From Eledone cirrhosa (lineage: Eukaryota), in assembly GCA_964016885.1 (NCBI GenBank), contig OZ024746.1:34162001-34226000 (forward strand): a stretch of DNA of 64,000 nt. The letters are read 5' to 3'. This document shows positions 43,119-57,041 of this stretch, piece by piece. Below the pieces are notes generated by a model. It was given only the letters and a program-made list of their open reading frames with translations. It made no database searches and was not told the origin of the DNA. The first letter of the stretch is position 1, and every line of letters begins with the position of its first letter. The position numbers and the translations under genes were made by a program.

Positions 43119-43184
43119 TATTTCATTATATATATTTCAGGGATATCATATTAAAAATATGCTATGCCTTCTTCAGACAAAATA
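43119..43184 (-). ncRNA. Type-I hammerhead ribozyme
   Basis: UAUUUUGU-CUGAAGA-stem II-GAAA-UAUAUA-UA-AUGAAAUA. Confidence 0.8.
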
Positions 43185-43238
43185 CAATATAAACAGTCTT
43201 ATAAATAGATCTATCTATTTATAAGACTGTTTATATTG

Positions 43239-43304
43239 TATTTTGTCTGAAGAAGGCATAGCATATTTTTAATATGATATCCCTGAAATATATCTAATGA
43301 AATA
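43239..43304 (+). ncRNA. Type-I hammerhead ribozyme
   Basis: UAUUUUGU-CUGAAGA-AGGCAUAGCAUAUU..AAUAUGAUAUCCCU-GAAA-UAUAUC-UA-AUGAAAUA. Confidence 0.75.
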
Positions 43305-44426
43305 AATATGGTTTTATAAATATAATTTCCATTTATTTAATATCGTATATATATATATATATATATGTGTGTATATATATATATATATGTATATATATAT
43401 ACATATATATACATATATATATAGAGAGGGAGAGAGACGGATGAGATGAAGATAGAAGGATAGATAGATAAATAGATTGGCAAGTGTGTATGTATAACTG
43501 TTATTGTGTGCCACTGTATATATATGTAAACATGTGTGTGCTCATTGTATTTGTATTACAAGGTAGTGTTCTGTATTTTTCAACAATATGCTAACGCAGG
43601 TTATTTACGCTTGCCTCTCAAGCTATCAATTCATTGAACCTCCTATGATATACCTTCGTGGTCGATTGTTGTGAAGCCTGGTTATCTACTGTTTAAATAT
43701 TAGCCTCTCAAAATCGTGCTTTTTGGATTTCAACAGTTTTCTAAATACGACTAATCTTCCTTTTTAAATTGATATATTATAAAGTTTGATGACGGATATA
43801 CTAACCCAAGGGACTAGACAATTTTGAAAATATATTAGCGTCCGTTTAGGTGAAACATTTAAATGTATACTTTCGTTTGACAGGTGTTCTTCCACCGTGT
43901 TGAATTGTGATTAATATAGTTGGTTGCTTGGTAGATTTGGTAGCACGTTGTTTACAACGGAAGGGAATCTAAGTTTGACATGACTAGACGTAACAATATG
44001 AATTGTACCTACATGTGGCTTAAAGTTATTCAGTGAAAATACATTATTTTTTAAGTTAGATACAAGGCTAGTAAATTAAAAAAGAGCAGCAAACACACTT
44101 GTATAGTGTCATGCAAAAACAGTTATACACACACAGACAGGAGCAGAGGGACAACCGTCATTGCATTTCAGGATTGTGTGGCCTTCTTCAGTACGGTCAG
44201 TTCAACTGTTTTCAAGTAGAGCAGTTTCAAGAGGTGGGAGGGACCGTCCTGGAGAAGGCCAGTTAAGCATGAAATGCATAGACGGTGTTGTCCGCCTTGC
44301 TTCTGCTGGACAACACCAGGGGCGCTAGCCGTGCTGTTTGCATAGCTACAGCTTCCTAAAACCGTGTTTCTTTAGACATACGAAATTTCTATACATATTT
44401 GTATAACGCTATGGTTGAAGCGAAAT

Positions 44427-44524
<98 letters not shown>

Positions 44525-45769
44525 CATATATATATTCATATATATTCATATATATCTATACATATACATATGTATATGTATATATTCATTTACGTGTGTG
44601 TGTTTATCAATAGATCTAATGTGGAGGTAGGCATTTCTGTCAAAAGTCTGAATTGGACAAGTTGTTCGGAGCGGAGGTGGCGGCCATGGCTTTCGGGATT
44701 GTTTGCTTTATTTGAGAGAGGAAATAGATGGTGGAGTTTCCAGGTGCGCTGTCGATAAGGTTGGTGGGTAAGGGCAATATGTGAGGAGAGGACAGATTGG
44801 TTTACAGTAATGGGGACCTGTTGCTTTAGTGGCGAATGAGTTCGACGCAGAAGAGCAAAGGAATTTGCGTAGCTGTCGTAACAGTTACACCGGATTGATG
44901 CTGAGGCCATCAAAGCGTGGGGTGTAACAGAGAGCGACGACTCCGGCACGGGTATATTGCCCCTTATGATGTGGAAGCGTATCAGTGCGCAATGTAAGGT
45001 ATTGACGTACTTTTTTGGATGTTGAATTATCCGGGGACAGTTGCCCAATGAGATGATTAACATACCTGGTTCGAGGGCGGCGGATTGCTGTGGAAGTTTG
45101 GTTTCAATTATATATGGATCAAGAAACGTTCAACATTTGTGCTCTCTGAAATTCCTCACCTGATTTCGTGAAGTAAATTGAATTAAGATCTGACGAAGAG
45201 GGAACTTTCAGATGTAGAGAAAGGAATTTCGGACATGGGCTGTGAAGAAGTTGAGAGCTGCTGGAGCATTAATTGAAAATAGTGAAAGTTGTCAGAGGGG
45301 TATTATGATGTTGTTCATGGGATCGATTGGGTGAAGGAGCTGCTATATGTGGGGTTGGTGTTAAGGAGAATATAGTTTACGAAGTTGAGTAGAGGAGAGG
45401 GAATTGATGTGTAGGCGGTTGAGCTGTTGCAGAAATTGAAATAAATGTACGAGGTGATGAATAAGGATTCAGGGAGCTACTTGATGATGTGTCCATTACT
45501 GAATATAATACATCAAACGTAGAGCTTAACACACACCAATGCAGGCGGCCCCATTCCGTGTACCTTTGTCAAACTTATGTCATTGCTTACTATCGGAAAT
45601 TAAAACCTAATGCGCTTCCGAGAGTCTTCTTTATATAGATATATATATTAAAAGCTCTATGATTATATGAAAGAATTCCGCAGTGAGGTTTTCATGATTG
45701 TCCAATGAGATATGCGCAAAACAGCATGCATATATAGATGTATTTGCAAAACGCTCCATTGAGTTGTTT

Positions 45770-48700
45770 AAATGGAAAGTTTGTTGAAATGAATATCAAG
45801 CCACATCCTGCAGCATCAGATATTCAGGGCGTATCGGAGGGTACTTGCTGTTCCCAGCAAGCATGCCTTTTGACGTGTTCCAAAAAGCGGAGCTGGACTA
45901 ATTTTCTTTAACCATCCTTGGAAACTCTTTGAGATAGTACCTAGTGCGCCTATGACAATCGGAACGACTCTGACTCATGGCAGTTCCAAGTCCTGGTATC
46001 GGATAATTTTCTCCCTCTCTTTTTCTTGCACTCTTGTCTCAAATGGGCAGGCTACATCTAAAATCAGGCACAATCTTTTTTTCCTAGTCCAAAACCACCA
46101 GGTCAGACCTATTGTGTTCCAGTTTCTTGTGCGTCTGTATCCTAAAATCCCATAGTACCTTCACCTGATCATTTTCTATCACCGACTCTGACTTATGCTC
46201 ATACCACTTCTCAGAATGTGGTAAATTGTTTACTTTGCATAGGTGCTAGTGGTCACCCTGCCCATCACGTCAAGTCTCCAGCCTTTATAGTGAGTCTGGG
46301 CTAGGTGTTTACACACGGATACAATATAAGCCACAGTCTCCTCTCTCTCTCCACAGATCCTACACAGTGGGCTAGCCTCCTACTTGTAAATATCGTGTTT
46401 CAGCCACTTTGTTTTGAGGGCCTGCTCTTGCGCAGCCATTAGCATTCCTTCTGTAGCCTTTTTAAGGTCTCCTCTTTTAAACCAGTTCCATGTCTGTGGA
46501 TCTCTAAATTCAGTTTTCTCAAAGAAGTCACTATGAAGGGAATTTTTATGAAGGTTGCTCTTTCTCCTTGTTGTTATGTCCTCCCTGGACATCCCCTGGT
46601 CTATTGTCCTTCCCTCAGTACAATTCTGAGCATTGGCTCCCTACTATCAGTCACGTATTTGTGTAGGTTGTTTTTCTCCAACTGAACACAGTCCTCTATG
46701 CTGATAAGGCCTCTACCATCTTCAGATCTCCTTAAGTAGAATCTATCGACATCATTACTCTTGTGGAACATGTTGTAGATAGTCAAAAGCTTCCTAGTCT
46801 TCCTATTCTTTTCTTTTTGTTCAGCACCATTCCATCTCAGAATTCCCGCACTGTACCTAATAATAGACACAGCTCGGAAATTTACTGCACTTATGACATT
46901 CCTACTGTTCAGATGTGATTATAATACGCTCCTTACTCTCCGAATGTATTCAGATCTTATCAATTCCTTCATTTTTTTGTTCTTGATGGCATCAGCCTCC
47001 AGAACACCTAAATATTTGTATCCCTCTTCAGTATCAATTTCCTTTATCATCTCACCTGTTGGTACCTGGATTCCGTTGCTTCTGCTCAATATACAACTCT
47101 TCATCACAAGGACTCCACACTTACTAATACCAAATTGCATACATATATCACTGCTGAAAATACGGACAGTGTCAACAAGCACATCCAACTCCTTCTCACT
47201 CTTTCCGAAGAGCTTAAAATCGTCCATGAAGAGGAGATGATTGATGGTAAGCTCTCCCTTTCCAGACTTGTATCCTGCTCTCACTTTTCGCAGTATAATG
47301 GTCAGCGGGATCAAGGCAAGGACAAACAACAGAGGGACAAACTATCTCCCTGGAAGATACCTCTCTTGATCCCCACGCCCGATGTTAACTCTGTATTCCA
47401 GGACTTCAACAACTGTGTGATGTTATCTGCCACCTTGAAGATCTCTAGGCTTTTGGTTATCCAAGAATGAGGTACCATGTCGAATGCCAACCCATGGCAA
47501 GACCAGTGTGTCTCCTCATGCAATTCTTCATTACCATCTTATCAATAAGTAATGGTCCTTTGTACCACGGGACTTCTTTCGGCATCCTTTCTGGTCGTCC
47601 GGTAACAAGTTGTTTATGTGGAGGTGATGGTAGATTTCCTCAGCCACAATGCTTTTTAACAGTTTCCACATTACGGACAGACATGTGATAGGTCTATAGT
47701 TGGTAACATCATTACCCTTGGTTCGGCCTTTCATAACCAGAACTGTGGTACCTTTTTGTCAACCACTCTGGTACCTCACCTGGCATCAAGCAGTCATTGA
47801 ACATGGTTGTCAGTTTCGGGTGGAGGGATGTTATATTTTTAATCCAATACCCCTGCACACCATCTGGGCCTGGTGATTTCCAGTTGGTTAGTTTTTTGGC
47901 CAGCCCCTTAAGAGTTTCAACTGTGATACTCAAATCAGTTTGTTGGTGTGCCTGCTCACCGATCTCCCTCTGTACTGTCTCAATCAACACTGCCTGGTCA
48001 TTATGTCTAACATCCACCTCCCATATTCCTCTCCAGAATGTTTTAGTTTGTTCCGCCTCAGGGATCAAGTCGTTGCCTCTTTCTTTCCCCTCAAGCTGTC
48101 CAAACAGAATCTTCTGGTTGTTGTCGAACATGTGGTTCTGTTTATACTGACTGACTGTTCTCGTATCGCCTGATTTTTGCACTCTTTGCTACAATGCGTT
48201 GCTTCAGTTCCTCTATGATAATATTTAGCTTTTTCCTCCTAGTTTTGTACTTTATTTCCAGTCTATTTTTAGTGTCTATGTTTTTTAGTGTCCCATTCAG
48301 TAGTGACTCAAGTTTTCCAATGTCATTTCTCATTTCCCTGATTTGACCACTCAGTCGTTTCTTCCACCAAGGCTCTGCTCTTTCTTGTCTGTTGTTTCCT
48401 CTCGCTTTTATACCAAGTAGTTTCCTCACTGTATTTGCTGTTGCTTTGAGGATATGGTTGCACTGGTGAAGGCTCCTCGCCTCAAGGTATGGAATGACTT
48501 TGTTTACCTTAGCTGTTGTTTCTTTTAACTTTTTCCTGTCTACAAATCTTAAGTTCATAGGTCTCCCGCTAGCATTGTTCAATTCATCTACCACTAAAAT
48601 TAGGATGTCAACCGAATCTTGTCCTAGCCCGTCAGCATTCATCTCCTCAGTGGACGTATCTCTGTTCCAGGTATTATTTATCTCAGTATTCAGATCATTG

Positions 48701-50327
48701 TCTGCTTCGGTTGGTTCCTCCGTTCTCCTGACCTCTTCACCTTCATTTCCCACTGGCTCGCTTTCCTGGCATACTCCACCCTCCATCGCCAAGCTAATCT
48801 CTCGGCTCAGTTCCTCCAGTTCCAGCTCGCTTATCCACACATTAGTTCTTATTACCCGAGCCTGCCCGGCCAATTTTTGTTCATCTAATTTAAATAGACC
48901 AATTTCGTTCCAGATGTTATGCATACGTCTCCTATGTCCCCTCTCCTTGGGGTTACTTTTCAGGTAACATTGCATAACAGTTCTATTCAATTCTTTCGTC
49001 CAGTTGGTTCTGGTCCCTTTCCTTCTACTTCTTCCCCCGACACCAGCAGTATTTGGTTGACAGCCAGGTTCCTGCTGCTGAGCCAGGGAGCAGCTGTTGG
49101 GTGGGAGTCTGTCACATGACGTTCTAGTCTCCATTTCACCGTTATTCGATCTGTTTATGTTCGATATTTAAACACTCTTATCGAGGATTGACGAATGTAT
49201 GGTTACATAACCATCTGTGGATTCACCGTCTCCGGTGGTTGCGTCGATCCACTTGGCTCTTGTGTGGCATTATCACCACGCTGTAGACGAACACAAATAA
49301 ACAAACAAACATACAGGCAGAAAAAACCCAAAAATGAATAAGCATAAGATTCATTGTAATGTAGTGTTCGAATGTCTGACTTAGCTTTTCCTTTCTCTTC
49401 TCTGTCCGTCCGCTTGTTTCTCTCTTCATTCTTATTTTCTTTACGTTTTTTTTTTGTTTTTGTTTTTCTCTATTTGTTTTTTTTTTGTTGTTGTTGCTGT
49501 GCTGCTTTGGTTTTGATTTTTGTTTTTTCTTTTGAATCTATCTATATATTTTGATGCCTTCCTCTTTTTTAGTAGGAATTCTATAATGTGGTGGCAGTGC
49601 TGTGCTAGCAGCAACTAGCAGGAAGCAATGGGAGAGAATAGCGGCGGTAGCGATACTGAGGCAGTGGTGGTGGTGATGTCAATACTGAGGCAGTGGTGGT
49701 GGTGATGTGATCGTATTACTGTAGTGATGGTGTTGTAGCGGTGGTAGCAATGAAGGAGTGGTAGCGGCGGTGATGGGATAGTGGTAGTAATGATGGATGT
49801 CCGTTCGGTGAATCTATTGGATTAGTCGCGTACATGTGTTGGCATAAATTCCCTTAATGTTGGAATTAAACATTTTGTTAAAAGTTGGGACAATAATAAT
49901 AGTATTTATTATTATCATTATTATGTTGAGATTGGTTGTGGTGGTGGTGAAGTTGCCGTTATCTGGCTGTTGTGTTTAGTGTACACAGAGAGGTGATGGG
50001 GTAGGTGGTGTATCTAGTTTCTGGTGTTGGTGAGTTTCGTGTTGTTTGGCTGTTCTATATAGTGTAGACAGAGGAGGGGGGTTCTTCTTCTTCCATTTAT
50101 AGCCATTTTCTTTTCTTTTTTTTTTAATATACAATGTACAATACAAAGTTGAATATTTGAATATTTGAGCCTTATAACAATATATTTTGGGTCCGAATTT
50201 TGTTGGGGCTCAAGCCGGATGTTTTACGTAACATTTGTGCTAAGAGTTGTTATTTCACAAATGATTTAAATATGTTAAAAATTCAAAACTTACGGGACCG
50301 ATTTCATGATCTTCTACCACCTCGTGC

Positions 50328-50328
<1 letters not shown>
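45770..50328 (-). mobile_element. R4/Dong-type RLE non-LTR retrotransposon, copy A (degenerate)
   Basis: RT (NYRPITCL, GIFQGDSLS, LLFMDD, YKYLG), CCHC and PD..D endonuclease; ~1.2-kb 5' UTR; (TAT)n at the 5' end. Confidence 0.9.
45816..49134 (-). pseudogene. RT-RLE polyprotein of copy A
   Basis: Fragmented ORFs 48142-49134, 47712-48182, 46919-47329, 46601-46870, 46380-46592. Confidence 0.88.
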
Positions 50329-50362
<34 letters not shown>

Positions 50363-50370
50363 GTTGTTAT

Positions 50371-53300
50371 TCCTTGAATCTCAGTCATTGATGTTGGTTA
50401 ACTGGAAAGTCCGTTGGAATGAATATCAAGCCACTACCTGCAGCCTCAGATATTCAGGACGTATCGGAGGGTTCTTGCTGTTCCAAGCAAGCATGCCTTT
50501 TGAAGCGTTCCAAAAAGCGTGAAGGGGCCGATTTTCTTTAACCATCCCTGGAAACTTTTGGAGGTAGTCCCCAGTGCGCCTATGACAATCGGGATCACTT
50601 TGACTTCATGGCAGTTCCAAATCCTTTTCACCTCCCACTTTAGGTCCTGGTATCGGTTAATTTTCTCCCTCTCCTTCTCTTGCACTCTCGTGTCGAAATG
50701 GCAGGCCACATCCACAATCAGACACGATCTTTTTTCTTTGTCCACAACCACCAGGTCAGGTCAATTGTGTTCCAGTTTTTTGTCCGTCTGTATCCTAAAA
50801 TCCCACAGCACCTTCACCTGATTGTTCTCCATCACCGCCTCTGGCCTATGCTCATACCATTTCTCAGAATGTGGTAAATTGTTTACTTTGCACAGGTGCC
50901 AGTGGATCACCCTGCCCATCACATCGTGTCTCCAGCCCTTATAGTGGGTCTGGGCTAGGTGTTTACACTCGGACACAATGTGAGCCACAGTCTCCTCTCT
51001 CCACAGATCCTGCACAGTGGGCTAGCCTCCTCCTTGTAAATATGGTGCTTCAACCACTTCGTTTTGAGGGCCTGCTCCTGCGCAGCCATTAGCATTCCTT
51101 CTGTAGCCTTTTTGAGGTCTCCTCTTCTCAACCAGTTCCATGTCTGTGGATCTCTAAATTCAGTTTTCTCAAAGAAGGTACTATGAAGGGATTTTCCCTT
51201 AAGGCTGCTCTTCCTCCTTGATGTTATTTCCTCCCTGGACATCCCCTGGCCTACTGTCCCCTCCTTCAGTACAGTTCTGAGCATTGGCTCCTTACTATAG
51301 GTCACGTATTTGTATAGGTTGTTTTTCTCCATCTGAACACAGTCCTCTATGCTGATAAGACCTCTTCCACCCTCAGATCTCCTTAGGTAGAGTCTATCGA
51401 CATCACTCCTCTAGTGGAACATGTTGTAGATAGTCAATAGCTTCCTAGTCTTCCTATCCATTTCTTTTTGTTCAGCAACATTCCATCTCAGAATTCCCGC
51501 ACTGTACCTAATAATAGACACAGCTCGGGAATTTACTGCTCTTATGGCATTTCTGCTGTTCAGATGTGACTTCAATACGCTCCTTACTCTCCGAATGTAT
51601 TCAGTTCTTAACAATTCCTTCATTTTTTTGTTCTTTATGCCCTCAGCCTCCAGAACGCCCAAATACTTGTATCCTTCCTCAGAGTCAATTTCCTTTATCA
51701 TCTCACCTGTTGGTATCTGGATCCCGTTACTTCTGCTCAACCTACCCCTCCTCATCACAATGACTCCACATTTACTAATACCAAACTGCATACATATATC
51801 ACTGCTGAAAATACGGACAGTGTCAACAAGCACATCCAACTCCTTCTCACTTTTTCCGAAGAGCTTAAGATCGTCCATGAAGAGGAGGGGATTGATGGTA
51901 AGCTCTCCCTTTCCCAACTTGTATCCTGCTCTCACTTTTCGCAGCATAATGGTCAAGGGCATCAGGGCAAGGACAAACAACAGAGGGGACAGGCTATCTC
52001 CCTGGAAGATACCTCTCTTGATCTTCACGCTTCCCAAGGATACTCCAGTTGATGTCAACTCTGTCTCCCAATGACCCCATACTCCTGCCCAGCAACTGTC
52101 TGATGTTATCTGCCACCCTGAAGATCTCCAGGCTTTTGGTGATCCAAGAATGAGGCACCATGTCAAATGCCTTTCTGTAGTCTATCCATCCCATGGCAAG
52201 ATCAGTGTGTCTCCTCCTGCAATTCCCCATTACCATCTTATCAATAAGTAACTGGTCCTTTGTACCACGTGACTTCTTTCGGCATCCTTTCTGTTCGTCC
52301 GGTAACAAGTTGTTTGTGTGGAGGTGATGGTAGATTTCCTCAGACACAATGCTCGTCAACAGTTTCCACATTACGGACAGACATGTGATAGGTCTATAGT
52401 TGGTAACATCATTACCCTTGATTCGGTCTTTCATTATCAGAACTGTGGTACCTTTTGTCAACCACTCTGGTACCTCACCTGACATCAAGCAGTCATTGAA
52501 CATGGCCGTCAGCTTCGGGTGGAGGGATGTTAAATTTTTAATCCAGTACCCCTGCACACCATCTGGGCCTGGTGATTTCCAGTTGGTTAGTTTTTGGGCC
52601 TGCCCCTTAAGAGTTTCAACTGTGATACTCAAATCAGTTTGTTGGTGTGCCTGCTCACCGATCTCCCTCTGTACTGTCTCAATCCACCCTGCCTGGACAT
52701 TATGTCTAACATACTGCTCCCATATTCCTCTCCAGAATGTTTTAGTTTGTTCCGCCTCAGGGATCAAGTCGTTGCCTCTTTCTTTCCCCTCAAGCTGTCC
52801 AAACAGCATCTTCTGGTTGTTGTCGAACATGTGGTTCTGTTTATACTGACTGACTCTGTTCTCGTATCGCCTGATTTTGGCACTCTTTGCTACAATGCGT
52901 TGCTTCAATTCCTCTATGATAATATTTAGCTTTTTACTCCTAGTTTTGTATTTTATTTCCAGTCTATTTTAGTGCCTATGTTTTTTAGTGTCCCATTCAG
53001 TAGTGACTCAAGCTTTCCTATGTCATTTCTCATTTCCCCGATTTGCCCACTCAGTCGCTTCTTCCACCACGGCTCTGCTCTTTCTTGTCTGTTGTTTCCT
53101 CTCGCTTTTATACCAAGTAGTTTCCTCACCGTATTTGCTGTTGCTTTGAGGATATTGTTGCACTGGTGAAGGCTCCTTGCCTCAAGGTATGGGATGACTT
53201 TGTTTACCCTAGCTGTTGCTTCTTTTAACATTTTCCTGTCTACAAATCTTAGGTTCATAGGTCCCACACTATCATTGTTCAATTCATCTACCACTAAATT

Positions 53301-54897
53301 TAGGATGTCAACCGAATCTTGTCCTAGCCCTTCAGCATTCATCTCCTCAGTGGCCGTATCTCTGTTCCAGGTATTATTTATCTCAGTATTCAAATCATTG
53401 TCTGCTTCGGTTGGTTCCTCGGTTCTCAGGACCTCTTCACCTTCATTTCCCACTGGCTCGCTTTCCTGGCAAACTACACCCGCCATCTCCAAGCCATTCT
53501 CTTTGCTCAGTTCCTCCAGTTCCAGCTCGCTTATCCACCCATTAGTTCTTATTACCCGAGCATGCCCGGCCAATTTTTGTTCATCTAATTTAAATAGACC
53601 AATCTCGTTCCAGATGTTATGCATCCGTCTCCTGTAGCCCCTCTCCTTGGGGTTACTTTTCACGTAACATTGCATAACAGTTCTATTCAATTCTTTAGTC
53701 CAGTTGGTTCTGGCCCCTTTACTTCTTCTTCTTCCTCCAACATCAGCAGTATTTGGTTGACAGTCAAGTCCCTGCTGCTGAGCCAGGGGGCACCTGTTGG
53801 GTGAGAGGCTGTCACATGACGTTCTAGTCTCCATTTCACCGTTATTCGAACTGTTTATGTTCGATATTTAAACACTCTTATCGAGGATTGGCGAATGTAT
53901 GGTTACATAGCCATTTGTGGATTCGCCGTTCCACTTGGCCCTTGTGTGGCATTATCACCACGCTGTATACGAACACACATAAACAAACAAACACACAGGC
54001 AGAAAGGGCCCCAAAAATGAATAAGCATAAGTTTCATTGTAATGTAGTGTTCGAATGTCTGACTTAGTTTTTGTTTTTTTAGTTTTAGTTTTCCCCCCTC
54101 TTCTCTGTCCGTCCGCCTGCTTCTCTCTTCATTCTTATTCTCTTTACGTTTTTTGTTTTTTTTTTGTTTTTGTTTTTCTCTGTTTGTTTTTTCTCGTTTT
54201 TTGCTGTTGTTGCTGTGCTGCTTTGGTTTTGTTGTTTGTTTTTTCTTTTTTCTTTTGAGTCTATCAATATATTTTGATGCCTTCCTCTTTCTTAGTAGTA
54301 GGAATTCTATAATGTGGTGGCAGCAGCCAGCTGAGCGAAGTGGAGGACTGGCGGCGGTAGCAATACTGAGACAGTGGTGGTGGTGATGTCGATACCGAGG
54401 CAGCGGTGGTGTTGATGTGATCGTATTACTGTAGTGGTGTTGTAGCGGTGGTAGCAGTGAAGGAGTGAAGGAGTGGTGGCGGCGGTGATGGGATAGTGGT
54501 GGTAATGATGGCAGTAGTGAGCGGTGGTGGTGAAATTGCCGTTATCTGGCTGTTGTGTTTAGTGTACACAGGTGATGAGGTGGGTGGTGTATCTAGTTTC
54601 TGGTATTGGTGAGTTTGGCTGTTCTATATAGTGTAGACAGAGGAGAGGAGGGGGGGGGGGGGTTCTTCTTCCATTTATAGCCATTTTCTTTTTTGGATAT
54701 ACAGTGTACAATACAAAGTTGAATATTTGAATATTTGAGCCTTATAACAATATATTTCGGGTCCGAATTTTTGGGGGCTCAAGCCGGGTGCTTTACGTAG
54801 CATTTGTACTAAGAGTTGTTATTTCACAAATGATTTAAATATGTTAAACATTCAAAACTTACGGGAGCGATTTTTTGACCTCCGCTACCTCGTGCGT
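50371..54897 (-). mobile_element. R4/Dong-type RLE non-LTR retrotransposon, copy B (full length)
   Basis: Flanked by (TAT)n on both sides; colinear with copy A. Confidence 0.92.
50446..53834 (-). pseudogene. RT-RLE polyprotein of copy B
   Basis: KSPGPDG, EQKGC, WIDYRKAFDMVPH, GIFQGD, FMDD, CRIC..HIVSEC, RHD, LWDF, IVDVAC..K..Y, PIVIGALG; several frameshifts. Confidence 0.92.
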
Positions 54898-54901
54898 CTT
54901 C

Positions 54902-54940
<39 letters not shown>

Positions 54941-55407
54941 TTTATTTTTTTTTTTTATTGGCGCCCTACGTAGGAAATAATATTATCGTGAGCTCCGCAA
55001 AGATTTGTTGTTTTCAGTTGTTTAAAATTGCCATCTATGGAAAAAATTTAATGTTAACTGTATATATTTGCACATATATTGTTTTCTGAAAAGGACACTC
55101 AAAAAGATTGGGGCCTTGTGCACAAAATATTAACTTTTATAATTATCAAACAAAAATGTCTTTGAAAAATCATGGGCGACTCACAGTCACAAATTCCTCA
55201 CAAACTAACACCTCACACCGACACCACCATTGTAAATATTACTACGTTTGCCAACACTGAAAATATAAGCAGTAGCAATAATTTAAATTTGTCTCATGCA
55301 GACATTCATTTTCCGCCATTACCAATGACTGCATGTGTTGAAGCCGCCACCCTTACCACCACCACAGCGACAACAGAAACAAAAAAAAATGCTCTCGTGA
55401 CCTCGAA

Positions 55408-56893
55408 ATGGCTTCATCCAGAATGGACTCTTCTACACCGAACACCACTGATGCCACCACCACCACAACTGAAACTAAAAATAACAATAACAAAAATAAC
55501 GATAACCACAATAGTAACAACAACAATGCGAATAGGAAAACCACCCTGTCTTTTACCAGAGTAGCAAAAAAGTGCGAAGCAATCCAGGTAACTCAGGAGG
55601 AATTAGATGAAATTAAGAGAATGGTAAAGAAAGATGGGTTTAGGGGCAGCCTCACCCGCCACCTAATAAAATGGAGCATCGGTGCCTATGCACCGTGTCT
55701 TATCGGACGATCAACATAAAATCGCGCCGAGTGGAACGAGCATCCGAGTCCCAAATCCAAAAAGCTGGACACCAGAGGAGGCCAGAGAACACTCCATGAC
55801 CCCATTAAGAAGTGACGACTTCACACTCGTCCTAAGCTATTGTGGCCAGAGACTCGTGAAGATCAGGGTGAACCACGTTCCACCGGCCATCGAAATTCCC
55901 TGGCTAATGGCTGCCGTCCTCGCCGGCATCAAGGCCAACACCAAGATAATCGAAATAGCGAAAGAAAAGCAGGAGAACTGGTCCGGATCTGGGATGGAGC
56001 TCCTGATCCAAGCGGACCAAAAGAGCATTGAGGAGATCCCAGAGGTAATAGACCTCACTGACGGCAGCCACCTCACCGTAATCGTCGAGTGCTGAAGGCC
56101 TAGTTGTGCTTATGTGGTGAACGAACCCACCTAAGGGCTTTCTGCCCTCAGGCTAAAAGGTTGAGGACACCTCTCTTACCCACCCCAGTGACTCAACCAT
56201 CAACACCACCAGCAGCAGAAATGGCAGCAACAATTGTAGCAGCAAAACCAGAAGCAACTGTAACAGCAACAACCCCAGCAATAGTAGCAAAACCAACACT
56301 ACCACCACCCAAGGTGCCAGAACTAGCACCAGCGCCTACACCATCCACCACGCCACAACCAAAACCAACGCATGTGGAGGATTTTCCACTCCCTGACCTA
56401 TCGCAACTGGAGACAGGTTGTGACGACGAGGAGTGGGAAACGGTATCAGGAAAAAAGAAAAAAAGAAAAAGAAGCCAAAAAAGAAAAAAATCCTCTTCCT
56501 TCCACCTCCAAAAACAAAATATTGAGGGAAACAAATAAACTATCAAACAAAAAAGATAGGACAGCTATGCCACCATGCACACCAGCATCACCAACCCAAT
56601 CACCACAAACACCAACACTATCACCATCATTAACCCCAACACCACCATCACCAACACCACAAAAGTCACCAAAATGCGAAACAGAAACAAACCCGCAACA
56701 AACGCAAACAAAACAAAACAACCAAAACGATACACACTACACACTATTAAATTTGAACAACAACCAATTATTACACCAGCATCACAGATACAGACTACAC
56801 TACAACCTAAAAGTTCACACCACCTCCACACATACAAATCACTCGCATCACACAGAAAACGTACACGACACTAAAAATTCTCCAAAGACATAG
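55408..56893 (+). pseudogene. LINE ORF1 (gag-like, zinc knuckle, Pro/Thr-rich)
   Basis: C..CGERTHLRAFCP knuckle and WETVSGKKKKRK; frameshifted. Confidence 0.75.
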
Positions 56894-57041
56894 GAGACTT
56901 CCGACAAGCACTCTCTAGGAGGATTTATAAGTACATCCTTCTGGAGGAGGCCACAAGCAGTGAAAAGGATGGAGAAACCTATCCATCCTCTACGAGAAGT
57001 AAGGTAAGTGGTCTTTCCCATCTGTCCCACTCCATTTCAAC

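Larger units (their letters stand above)
43076..43347. repeat. Near-perfect ~270-bp palindrome with an HHR in each arm
   Basis: Centre ATAGATCTATCTAT; tail shared with 4126-4353. Confidence 0.92.

Noticed and set aside
44590-45480. 157-aa minus-strand ORF and flanks
   Set aside because: Looks like a decayed retroelement N-terminal region but has no diagnostic motif
47797-53637. Plus-strand ORFs of 100-176 aa
   Set aside because: Antisense shadows of the Dong-type ORFs
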